Origin: Rhodococcus sp. (in: high G+C Gram-positive bacteria)
Lineage (GTDB): Bacteria > Actinomycetota > Actinomycetes > Mycobacteriales > Mycobacteriaceae
Assembly (NCBI RefSeq): GCF_049299235.1
Contig: NZ_JBAQXC010000319.1
Location: forward strand, 2,358 to 66,357
Length of the DNA stretch: 64,000 bases
Direction of reading: 5' to 3'
Part shown: one piece after another, positions 8,394 through 16,985 of the stretch
Layout: each line of letters begins with the position of its first letter
How positions within the stretch are numbered: position 1 is the stretch's first letter
Position numbers and translations under genes: made by a program
Notes under the pieces: model-generated
Databases searched by the model: none
Seen by the model: the letters and a program-made list of their open reading frames with translations, nothing else
What the model was told of the DNA's origin: nothing

Positions 8394-10046
8394 TCAGGAA
8401 GTTGTTTCCGATACCGGGAGGTGATCGGCGACCGCTGCCCGCCCCGCGTGCATCCCCCACACTCCCGCGACCGCGAGGGTGGCACCGGCACCGCCGTAGA
8501 CCATCCCGCTCGGACTGGCCATGACATTGCCTGCGGCATACAGTCCCGCGATGACCGAACCGTCGACGTCGACAACCCGTCCCTCGGTGTCCGTGCGGGG
8601 CCCGCCCTTCGTGCCCAGCGCGGAACTGACGACCTCGACCGCGTAGAACGGTCCCGTCCGGAGCGGGCCGAGTGTTGCGTGGGGGGAATCGGAATCGCTC
8701 ATCCGTCCGCCGGGGAAACGATCGAACGCACTGGCTCCCCGCGAGAAGTCCGGGTCCACGCCCTGCTCTGCATACTGGTTGAAACGTTCGACCGAAGCCA
8801 TCACCGCGTCGACCGGCAATCCGAGGGCCGTGGCCAGGGCGTCCAGTGTGGGTGCGCGCTCGACCCAGTCGGGGACCGGCGCCCCCGGGTGGCCGCCGAA
8901 CACACCGAACCGGTCGACCGTGGACCGGTCGAAGATCATGTACGCCGGAATGTTCGGATAGTCGAGTTTCGACTCGTCGAGATGGTGGAAGGCACCACCG
9001 AACGCGTTGTAGTTCGCCGCCTCGTTGGCGAAGCGCCGACCGTAGCGGTTGACCATGATCGATCCGGGGAGTGCACGCTCACGCGAGGACAGCAGTGCCG
9101 CCGGTACCCCGTCGCGCCGGGTACCCGGGCACGGCACCATCGGCGACCACCACGCTTCGCGCATGTTTCCGAGGCGAGCACCGACTCGCATGGCCATCCG
9201 CAGGCCGTCGCCGGTGTTGGTCGGCGCGCCGATGGGGCGTGTCAGCGGTCCACGCAGGAAGTCGCGGACCAGGTCCGGGTCGTACTCGAACCCTCCCGTC
9301 GCGAGCACCACCGCGCGAGCCCGGACCGTTCGCATCCCGTCGTCGGTCTCGGCCTCGACACCGACGACTCTGTGCCCGGCGGTGCACAGGCGCAACGCCC
9401 GGCACCGGGTCTCGATCCGGACCCCCTGTGCAAGACACGCTTTCAAGAGTCCACCGACCAGTGCGCGACCCAGCCCTTCTTCTCCGGCTTCCTCACGGGC
9501 GGCGAGGACCTCGGCGGCGACGACACCCGTCCCACCACCCAAGGGCATCTCGGTCAGCACGATGCGCTGGATGTCGCCGCCGATACGGTCGATCCACTGC
9601 TCGATGCCTGCGAAGGAGAAGAGGCCCGGTTCGAGAGTCCGGCCTCCTCCCGGCTTTCCACCGGGATGCTCGGGATGATAGTCGGGGTACCCCTCGACGA
9701 GTTGGAGACGCAGATCGGTGTGCTCGTGCAGGAAGTCGACGAACCGGGGGCCACCGGCGATCAGTGTCTCGGCCAATTCCGGGAGGATCATCCCGTTGGA
9801 GAGGCTCGCCAGGTAGGCCAAGCCGTCCTCGAGGGAGTCCTCGACGCCTTTCTCGGCCGCGATCGAGTTGCCCGGGATCCAGATCCCCGCGCCCGACAGT
9901 GCGGTCGTGCCGCCGATCAGGTCGGCCTTCTCCAGCAGTGCGACGTCGGCACCGTCGAGCGCCGCGGCGAGCGCGGCGGTGAGGCCGGCGAGTCCCGACC
10001 CGAGTACGACGACGTCGTGCGTGTCCTGAATCTGCACCCGACTCAC
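8394..10046 (-). CDS. FAD-binding oxidoreductase, fumarate-reductase / 3-ketosteroid-dehydrogenase (KstD)-like
   Basis: 550 aa with a GTG start. Has the N-terminal dinucleotide fold DVVVLGSGLAGLTAALAAALDGADVALLEKADLIGGTTALSGAGIW and the C-terminal GLYAAGNV motif. Confidence 0.85.
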   Translation of the reverse strand: MSRVQIQDTHDVVVLGSGLAGLTAALAAALDGADVALLEKADLIGGTTALSGAGIWIPGNSIAAEKGVEDSLEDGLAYLASLSNGMILPELAETLIAGGPRFVDFLHEHTDLRLQLVEGYPDYHPEHPGGKPGGGRTLEPGLFSFAGIEQWIDRIGGDIQRIVLTEMPLGGGTGVVAAEVLAAREEAGEEGLGRALVGGLLKACLAQGVRIETRCRALRLCTAGHRVVGVEAETDDGMRTVRARAVVLATGGFEYDPDLVRDFLRGPLTRPIGAPTNTGDGLRMAMRVGARLGNMREAWWSPMVPCPGTRRDGVPAALLSSRERALPGSIMVNRYGRRFANEAANYNAFGGAFHHLDESKLDYPNIPAYMIFDRSTVDRFGVFGGHPGAPVPDWVERAPTLDALATALGLPVDAVMASVERFNQYAEQGVDPDFSRGASAFDRFPGGRMSDSDSPHATLGPLRTGPFYAVEVVSSALGTKGGPRTDTEGRVVDVDGSVIAGLYAAGNVMASPSGMVYGGAGATLAVAGVWGMHAGRAAVADHLPVSETTS

Positions 10047-10094
10047 AATCCCTTCGCCGCGGTCTCCCGCCTCTGCATCACCCGTAGCGCAACG

Positions 10095-10110
10095 TTGTAT
10101 ATAAAGAACA
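10095..10110 (-). promoter_or_regulatory. copy of the AT-rich TTCT(A/T)TATA(Y)ACA-type motif (reverse orientation) between divergent KstD-like genes
   Basis: The plus strand reads ttgtatataaagaaca, which is TGTTCTTTATATACAA on the minus strand. It is one of the few AT-rich patches in this window. Confidence 0.3.
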
Positions 10111-10192
10111 GACTTACTCTATTAGTGCACGACGGTTATGGTAATCAGCATCACACCAAGTCACAAGCGTTCGCCCGAACTGGAGGACCGGA

Positions 10193-11881
10193 ATGCCCGA
10201 ATCCGAAACGTACGACGTCATCGTCCTCGGCAGCGGCGCCGCCGGCCTCACCGCCGCGTTCACCGCAGCCCGCGAAGGCGCCCGCGTCGTCGTCCTCGAG
10301 AAACACCATCGGGTCGGCGGGACAAGCGCCTGGTCGGGAGGTCACGTCTGGATCCCGAACAACCCGTACATGCAGGACATCGGCGTGCCGGACAGCACCG
10401 AAGAGGCAATGGCCTATCTGATGTCGCTCGGGCGCGGCATTCTCGACGAACGCCTGGCACGCGCCTTCGTCGACGCCGGACCGAAGATGGTGCGCTGCCT
10501 CGGTGACGACGCCGGCGTCAGCTTCTTCGCCGTCCCCGGCCTCCCCGACTACCACCCGTCGAACCCCGGCGGCAAGCCCGAAGGTGGCCGGACCCTGGGG
10601 CAGGATCTGTTCCCCTTCCCCACCCTCGGCGACTGGCAGGACAAGGTCGAGGTGACCCCCTACTACTCTCCGTACCTGCGCATGGACGAAACCGCGATCG
10701 GCTGCGCGGTCCCCAAAGCCCCGACCGACGAAGAGAAGGCGCACCGCGAGACCGAAGATCTCCGCGGCATGGGCGGAGGACTGGTCGGCGCCCTCCTCGC
10801 CGCCTGTCTCCGCACGGGTGTCGAAGTCCGGGTGTCGACGCCCGCGCACGACCTCGTGGTCGAGAACGGCCGCGTGCGAGGCGTCGTCGTCGACACCACC
10901 GACGGACGTCGGACACTGCATGCGTCGCGAGCCGTCATCCTCGCCACCGGCGGATTCGAATGGAACGAGGAGTATCGCATCGCCTTCCTCCGCGGCCACG
11001 TGACGAAGCCCGCATCGATCCCCACCAACACCGGCGACGGCCTGCGCATGGCCATGCGTGCCGGGGCCGCACTCCAGAACATGCGCGAAGCCTGGTGGAT
11101 TCCCATCACCGAACTCCCCGAGGGCATCAACGCGATGAACCTGGAGATGATCAACGGCGACCGCACGAGGCCACGCAGCATCATGGTGAACCGGACCGGT
11201 CGGCGCTTCGCGAACGAGGCCGTGAGCTACAACTCCATCGTGGGGGCCTTCCATCAGGAGGATGTCACCGCATTCCGGTATGCCAACCTGCCCGCGTGGC
11301 TGATCTTCGACCACACCTACCTGACCACCTACGGATCGACGGGTCGCCCCTACACGGGCACCACCCCGTCGTGGCTGGTAGAAGGCGCCACACTGCGCGA
11401 TCTCGCCTTGACCCTCGGCATTCCGGGCGACGAGCTCGAGCGCACGGTCGAGCAGTGGAACCGCAATGTGGCCGCCGGAAAGGACCCGCACTTCGCGCGA
11501 GGCGAAAGCGCCCACGACCGGTGGTGGGGAGACCCGTACAAGAAGGGCAGCATCGAGGGCACCCTCGGCCCGATCACGGACGGGCCGTTCTACGCCATGG
11601 AACTGACGAGCGGCGTCATCGGCACGAAGGGCGGGCCGAAGGTCAACGAACACGCCCAAGTGATCGATCTGGACGGCCACGTCATCACCGGGCTGTACGC
11701 GGCCGGCAACGTTTCCTCCCCGACCGGCGCCTCCTACGGCGGACCCGGCGGCACCCTCGGCCCCGGCATGACGTTCGCCTGGATCGCCGGGCGGCACGCA
11801 ATCGGTTCGGGCAGGGTCGGTTCGGGCAGGGTCGATACGGGCAGGGTCGATACGGGCAGGGTCGATACGGGCAGGGAGTGA
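10193..11881 (+). CDS. FAD-binding oxidoreductase, KstD-like paralogue with repeat tail
   Basis: 562 aa. YDVIVLGSGAAGLTAAFTAAREGARVVVLEKHHRVGGTSAWSGGHVW ... GLYAAGNVSSP align motif-for-motif with the product of 8394..10046. The C-terminus is GSGRV GSGRV DTGRV DTGRV DTGRE. Confidence 0.85.
   Translation: MPESETYDVIVLGSGAAGLTAAFTAAREGARVVVLEKHHRVGGTSAWSGGHVWIPNNPYMQDIGVPDSTEEAMAYLMSLGRGILDERLARAFVDAGPKMVRCLGDDAGVSFFAVPGLPDYHPSNPGGKPEGGRTLGQDLFPFPTLGDWQDKVEVTPYYSPYLRMDETAIGCAVPKAPTDEEKAHRETEDLRGMGGGLVGALLAACLRTGVEVRVSTPAHDLVVENGRVRGVVVDTTDGRRTLHASRAVILATGGFEWNEEYRIAFLRGHVTKPASIPTNTGDGLRMAMRAGAALQNMREAWWIPITELPEGINAMNLEMINGDRTRPRSIMVNRTGRRFANEAVSYNSIVGAFHQEDVTAFRYANLPAWLIFDHTYLTTYGSTGRPYTGTTPSWLVEGATLRDLALTLGIPGDELERTVEQWNRNVAAGKDPHFARGESAHDRWWGDPYKKGSIEGTLGPITDGPFYAMELTSGVIGTKGGPKVNEHAQVIDLDGHVITGLYAAGNVSSPTGASYGGPGGTLGPGMTFAWIAGRHAIGSGRVGSGRVDTGRVDTGRVDTGRE
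11804..11878 (+). repeat. 5 x 15-bp tandem repeat encoding the C-terminal pentapeptide repeats
   Basis: ggttcgggcagggtc occurs twice, then gatacgggcagggtc twice, then gatacgggcagggag. The array ends at the stop/start junction with the next gene. Confidence 0.95.
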
Positions 11882-11883
11882 GT

Positions 11884-13461
11884 GTGTACACCTCGATAGT
11901 CGACGCATGGAACGAGCGGGTCACCGCGGGTCCGAATCGCGCGGCGATCCGCTACTTCGACGGCACGATCGACGCCGCGACACTCGACGCGCACTCCGAC
12001 GCACTGGCCGTCGAGTTGCAGGAACGGGGGGTGCGCCCGGGCGACCGGATCGGCATCTACTTGCAGAACATTCCGTACTACCCGCTGACACTGCTGGCGG
12101 TGTGGAAGGCCGGAGCGATCGCGGTGCCGCTCAACCCGATGTATCAGGGCGGCGAACTACGCCGGCTGGTCGAGGACTCGGGCACGACCGGGATCGTCGT
12201 CGCTCGCGGCACCGATACTGCGACGCGCGGCGCCCTGTCCGGGACGCAGGTGCGCTGGCTGATATCGGCATCTTCGCGGGATTTCCAATCCCGGAACGAC
12301 TCTCGCATATTTCCCGGACCGGATCCGGCACCGTCCCCGGACGGCGACCTGGCCACCGTCCTGGTCGACCGGCGTGGCCGACGGCCGGCCCCGGTCACGC
12401 GAGACCATGACGACATCGCCTTCATCACCTACACCTCGGGCACGACGGGGCCCCCCAAAGGCGCCCTCAATACTCATCGCAATTTCCTGTGCTCCGTGGC
12501 GAGCTATGCGGAGTGGATCCGGCTGGCACCGGGCGACGTGTCCTACGCGATCGCTCCGATGTTCCACATCACCGGTCTCTCGCTCAATGCCGGAATCGCG
12601 CTGCTGGGCGATGCGACACTGAGTATGGGCGGACGGTTCGAGGCCTCGGTGGTGCTCGACCTGTTCCGTGAGCACGGGGTCACCACGACCGTGGGGTCCA
12701 TCACCGCGTTCAATGCGTTCTTCGGTGTCCCCGGCGCGGGCCCCGACCATTTCGCGAGCGCCAAGTTCATCTACTCCGGTGGCGCACCGATCCCACCGGC
12801 GACGATCGCGGCCTTCCGCGCCCGCTTCGGCGTCTACCTGCACAACATCTGGGGCATGACCGAAACGACCGGCGGAGGTATCGCGGTGCCACCGGGTCGT
12901 GCTGCGCCCGTCCACGGGCCGAGCGGGACACTCTCGGTCGGGGTGGCCACGCGAGGTGTCGCAGTCGTCACCGTCGACGCCGAGGGACGGCAGCAGGCCC
13001 CGGGTGAGGAAGGCGAACTCGTCGTCACCGCACCGCAGGTGATTCCCGGCTACTGGCACAACGAAGAGGCAACGGAGAGAACACTTCCGGGGGGTCGTCT
13101 GCACACCGGCGATGTCGCTGTCATCGACGACGAAGGTTGGGTCTATCTCGTCGACCGCATCAAGGATCAGATCAACACCTCGGGCTACAAGGTGTGGCCC
13201 CGGGAGGTGGAGGACGTGTTGTGCGAACACCCGTCGGTCCTCGAGGCTGCGGTGGTCGGTGTCCCCGACGACTACCGCGGTGAAGCGGTGGTCGCGTATG
13301 TCTCACTGCGAGAGGGTGAAACAGCCGATCCGGTCGAACTGACCTTGTTCGCGGGCGAGCGCCTCGCAGCATACAAGCGGCCCCGCGAGGTGTACGTGCT
13401 CGACGCACTCCCGAAGACCGCGACCGGCAAGATCCAGCGAGGCGTGCTGCGCGACCGGTAG
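11884..13461 (+). CDS. AMP-binding acyl-CoA synthetase / fatty-acid-CoA ligase
   Basis: Carries adenylate-forming motifs (ITYTSGTTGPPKGA, GYWHNEEAT, HTGD, PKTATGKIQRG). GTG 11884 is taken as the start; GTG 11878, which overlaps the upstream TGA, is an alternative. The rest of ORF 10960.. is an out-of-frame shadow. Confidence 0.85.
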   Translation: MYTSIVDAWNERVTAGPNRAAIRYFDGTIDAATLDAHSDALAVELQERGVRPGDRIGIYLQNIPYYPLTLLAVWKAGAIAVPLNPMYQGGELRRLVEDSGTTGIVVARGTDTATRGALSGTQVRWLISASSRDFQSRNDSRIFPGPDPAPSPDGDLATVLVDRRGRRPAPVTRDHDDIAFITYTSGTTGPPKGALNTHRNFLCSVASYAEWIRLAPGDVSYAIAPMFHITGLSLNAGIALLGDATLSMGGRFEASVVLDLFREHGVTTTVGSITAFNAFFGVPGAGPDHFASAKFIYSGGAPIPPATIAAFRARFGVYLHNIWGMTETTGGGIAVPPGRAAPVHGPSGTLSVGVATRGVAVVTVDAEGRQQAPGEEGELVVTAPQVIPGYWHNEEATERTLPGGRLHTGDVAVIDDEGWVYLVDRIKDQINTSGYKVWPREVEDVLCEHPSVLEAAVVGVPDDYRGEAVVAYVSLREGETADPVELTLFAGERLAAYKRPREVYVLDALPKTATGKIQRGVLRDR

Positions 13462-13464
13462 TCC

Positions 13465-13493
13465 GGGCACGCCGCGCGGTGCGCGGCGTGCCC
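13465..13493. terminator. bidirectional intrinsic-terminator-like hairpin
   Basis: Perfect 13-bp stem GGGCACGCCGCGC-ggt-GCGCGGCGTGCCC between convergent genes. Confidence 0.6.
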
Positions 13494-13501
13494 CGCAGGG
13501 A

Positions 13502-15289
13502 TCACGACGCCGGGTCCACCGGTTCGATGCCTTCCTCGATCGCCTTGATCAACAGTGCCGTGAAGCGGGAATAGAAGCGCGCCATGCGGATGAAGCCGGT
13601 CCCGAACCACAGTCCCGGCTGGGCCGAACGACGCCAGGTGTTCGCGTACTCGCCGTCGGCCGCACGCCCGTAGGCCTTGTCGATCTTCGCTGCCGCCGAA
13701 CCGAGAACCGGCCCGATGTGACCCCAGAACTGGTGGTAGCCGGTCGCGAAGACGATCAGCTCGACGTCGTGCATCTGCGACCCGTCGGTGAACACGACGG
13801 TTGTGCCGTCCTTGATCGTCGCGACCTCGACACCCTGCTTCAGGTGGACCCGACCGTCCGCGATCAGTTGGGATGCGCCGATGTCGATCTGATAGCTGTC
13901 CTTGCCGGACATGTGCGCACCGATGATGCCCGTGCCGTCCGGACCCCAGTTGAGCTTGAATCCCTGGGATTCCAATGCACCGAGGAGTTCACTGTCGGCT
14001 TCCTTCGCGAGCTGTACGAGGTCCTTGTTGAGTTCGTCGACCCGTTCACTGGGCAGCGCGTAGGTCATCTGGTCCGCGAGGTCCGGTGACAGGGTCATAT
14101 CCTCGGTGAACAGTGTCGACCAGTACTTGTGGTAGGTGGGGTAGGTCACGACGTAGGTCGACGTGCGCTGCACCATCGTGACGTCGGCGTCGTGTTCCCA
14201 GAGATCGTGTGCAAGTTCGTGGCCGCTGACCCCGGACCCGATGACGAGCGTCTTCTTGCCTGCGTAGCGAGCACCGTCCTGAAACTCGTCGGAATGCACT
14301 GCGACGCCGCGGTATTCCTGGAGTCCTACGATCTCGGGAATGCGCGGCGCACCGAACATGCCTCCCGCCACGATGAAGTGGCGCGGGTGCAGCTCGCGGA
14401 TCGAGCCGTCGCCCGACTGCACGCGGACCGTCCACCGTTCCGTGGTCTCGTCGTAGTGGCCGTTCAGGAAGGTCGTGCTGGTCCACACATTGAGGTCGAG
14501 AGTGGTGGCGTACGCCTCGAGCCAGTTCGCGAATTTGTCCTTCGGGGTGTGCGCCGGCCACGTGGCGGGCAGGGGAAGATACGGCAGGTGGTCGCCGTAG
14601 ACGGTGCTGTGCAGTGCAAGAGACGCATAGCGTTTGCGCCAGGTGTCGCCGATGCGCGCCTCGCGGTCGATCACCAGCGTGTCGACATCGAGTGCACCCA
14701 GCCGCGCCGCGAGAGCCAGGCCGTTGTGCCCGGCTCCGAGCACGAGGACTGCGGGGTCGCGGTTGTCGAACGAGATTTCCTCGTTCCGATCGTCGGCCCA
14801 GCGGGTGCGGCCCGGGACGACGCCGTAGACCTTGCCTTCCGGGCGGCGGTGACGAGTCCGCTCGGGAAACGACTGAAGCGATTCGACCTGGGTCTGCAGG
14901 GTGAGGGCGACGAATCGAGAGCCGTCGCGCACGAGCCGGGCGAACCCACGGTTGATCCGGTCGCTGGTCGTGAAGTCGAAGAATCCCATGATGTCGCCGG
15001 CGGAGACGAAGGGTTCCTGTTCGGAGCTCACCGCGAATCCCGATGCGCTCCATTCCTTGGCCAGTTCCGTCAATCGCCCGGCCGACTGCTCGCCGCCGAC
15101 AGCGTGGTGGAAGCCCCACGGGAAGGCCATGAAGTCGCGCCAGGTGGCCGAGGGATGGAGGCAGGCTTCCAAATCAACCGCCGAGCCCCTACCGAGCGCG
15201 TCGGCGAACTCCGCGAGCCAAGCCGCGAAAACCTCCGTCGCGCTGGGAACTTCGATTTCACCGGCCGAGCTGTGCCACGCTTCCGTCAT
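13502..15289 (-). CDS. flavin-containing monooxygenase-like NAD(P)/FAD-dependent oxidoreductase with about 170-aa N-terminal extension (type II FMO-like)
   Basis: ATG 15289 (MTEAWHSS...). FAD fold VLVLGAGHNGLALAARLG..DREARIGDTWRKRY, second Rossmann motif TLVIGSGVSGHELA, C-terminal FATGY. The upstream 25 codons of the ORF are not needed. Confidence 0.85.
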   Translation of the reverse strand: MTEAWHSSAGEIEVPSATEVFAAWLAEFADALGRGSAVDLEACLHPSATWRDFMAFPWGFHHAVGGEQSAGRLTELAKEWSASGFAVSSEQEPFVSAGDIMGFFDFTTSDRINRGFARLVRDGSRFVALTLQTQVESLQSFPERTRHRRPEGKVYGVVPGRTRWADDRNEEISFDNRDPAVLVLGAGHNGLALAARLGALDVDTLVIDREARIGDTWRKRYASLALHSTVYGDHLPYLPLPATWPAHTPKDKFANWLEAYATTLDLNVWTSTTFLNGHYDETTERWTVRVQSGDGSIRELHPRHFIVAGGMFGAPRIPEIVGLQEYRGVAVHSDEFQDGARYAGKKTLVIGSGVSGHELAHDLWEHDADVTMVQRTSTYVVTYPTYHKYWSTLFTEDMTLSPDLADQMTYALPSERVDELNKDLVQLAKEADSELLGALESQGFKLNWGPDGTGIIGAHMSGKDSYQIDIGASQLIADGRVHLKQGVEVATIKDGTTVVFTDGSQMHDVELIVFATGYHQFWGHIGPVLGSAAAKIDKAYGRAADGEYANTWRRSAQPGLWFGTGFIRMARFYSRFTALLIKAIEEGIEPVDPAS

Positions 15290-15352
15290 GGGTTTCCGGC
15301 TCCTTCTTCGTTTCACACACCCGAGATACGTTGTAATTAAAGAACGATTCGA

Positions 15353-15367
15353 TTCTATATGCACACA
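15353..15367 (+). promoter_or_regulatory. AT-rich motif TTCTATATGCACACA in the FMO/esterase divergent promoter
   Basis: Near-identical to the motifs at 19744, 22529 and 22550. A weaker inverted partner (tgtgtattttt) lies at 15445-15455. Confidence 0.4.
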
Positions 15368-15492
15368 TTCTGTCGGGAGGGTGCAGCGTCGTCAAGGCTT
15401 CGCCTCGACGTCTTGTGAGGCACCACCCCGTCGGCTACGGTTTCTGTGTATTTTTCGAATCGTATAGTTCGTTATTTGATACGGAGGTCGGG

Positions 15493-16932
15493 GTGGCGGA
15501 CCGCGATTACCACGACGTGGGGGCCGGACTGAGCGTCCGCAGCTTCGTGCCGCACCGATCGACGCCGTCCCCGGCGAACACCGGGTACCTGGCGCTCGTC
15601 CTCGACGACGGTCCCGCCGCAGCCGATCACACGCACACCTATCGGAAGCTCGCCGACGCGGGACTGGTGATCGTCGAGGTCCCCACCCGGTCCGGCAGCG
15701 CGCTCGACGACGGCGATCGCGCCCTGCAATGGGCTCGATCGGTGGCGACCGACCTGTTCGGCGCCGATCCGAGCCGCATCGCGGTCCTCGGCGCACCGGG
15801 GTCCGAACTCCTCGCCACCGAGCTCGCCGAACGGGTTCGGGTCCGGAAGGAACCCCCCGTTCTCGCCGCGCCGTTACGGCCCGCCGCTGAAGCCGCCCGG
15901 ACGGCCGCAGGCCTGTGCCATTCGCTCGGGGCACTTCCCACCGTCCGTGGACCGGCCGAACCTGCCATCGCGGTCCACCGCCGGGTCGAGCCGGTAACGC
16001 TCGCGGGGCTCGACCTGCTGACCCGATGGGACACCACCAGCATCGAGACCATCCGCGCCAGCTATTCCCGGGTCACCCCACCTCCTATCCCGACGACCGA
16101 GCACGTCACCCGAGTCGACGACGTCGTCCCCGGTACGAACGGGCGGCCCGATGTACCCGTCCGGTGGTACCGGCCGCGCGAAGCCACCGGGCAACTCCCG
16201 ACGGTGCTGTACTTCCACGGCGGCGCCTACATCATGGGCTCGCTCGCCGAGAACGACGATCGGCTCGATCGGATGGCTGCCGAACTCGGATGCGCGATCG
16301 TATCCGTCGACTATCGTCTGGCACCCGAGAATCCCTATCCGGCCGGACTCGACGATGCCGAAACCGTCTGGCGTCACCTCCTCGACAACGCCGACGCTCT
16401 CGGAGTGGACCCGGAAAGGCTGGTCGTCGGCGGTGCGAGCGCCGGCGCCGGGCTCGCCACCGCGCTGTGCATCCGCCTCGCCCAGGTCGGCCTGCCGCAA
16501 CCCGCACTCCAACTGCTGGTCTATCCCATGCTCGACGATCGTGAACACGGATCGGTTCGGGCGCTCGAGGGTGGCGCCGGCCATTGGGGCCTGTGGCAGC
16601 TCGAGGCCGAGCGTCACGCCTGGCGGGCCTACCTCGGCGGACTCGGGGATACGACACCGCCGGCCACGGCCACACCCGGACGGGCGACACCCGGCGAGTT
16701 ACGCAGCGTAGCTCCAGCATTCATCGGTATCGGCGACGTGGACGCGCTGCTCGATTCCAATCTCCGCTACGCCGCACAGTTGTCCCGCGCCGGGGTTCCG
16801 GTCGAACTCCACGTCTATCCCGGGGTGATCCACGGCGGATTCGTCGCGCGCCCCCGCACGCGACAGACCCGGCGATTCCTCGACGACGTCCACGCGGTGC
16901 TGCGCAGGACGTTCGACGTGGCCGAAAGCTGA
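15493..16932 (+). CDS. alpha/beta hydrolase (HSL-type esterase/lipase) with degenerate N-terminal half-copy
   Basis: GTG 15493 follows GGAGG. The C-terminal domain has HGGAY, the GASAG nucleophile elbow and the late D/H region. The N-terminal ~170 aa parallels the same fold but lacks both catalytic motifs. Confidence 0.8.
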   Translation: MADRDYHDVGAGLSVRSFVPHRSTPSPANTGYLALVLDDGPAAADHTHTYRKLADAGLVIVEVPTRSGSALDDGDRALQWARSVATDLFGADPSRIAVLGAPGSELLATELAERVRVRKEPPVLAAPLRPAAEAARTAAGLCHSLGALPTVRGPAEPAIAVHRRVEPVTLAGLDLLTRWDTTSIETIRASYSRVTPPPIPTTEHVTRVDDVVPGTNGRPDVPVRWYRPREATGQLPTVLYFHGGAYIMGSLAENDDRLDRMAAELGCAIVSVDYRLAPENPYPAGLDDAETVWRHLLDNADALGVDPERLVVGGASAGAGLATALCIRLAQVGLPQPALQLLVYPMLDDREHGSVRALEGGAGHWGLWQLEAERHAWRAYLGGLGDTTPPATATPGRATPGELRSVAPAFIGIGDVDALLDSNLRYAAQLSRAGVPVELHVYPGVIHGGFVARPRTRQTRRFLDDVHAVLRRTFDVAES

Positions 16933-16985
16933 CGGACAGACCCGACAGCGTCCAAGCGGGCCGAGGCCGCTTCCGGGCAGCCCGA

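Noticed and set aside
8421-11908. Long ORFs 8421..10421 (+) and 10151..11908 (-), opposite the two KstD-like genes
   Set aside because: Both are antisense or out-of-frame shadows of clear flavoprotein genes, with Arg/Asp/Gly-rich low-information translations.
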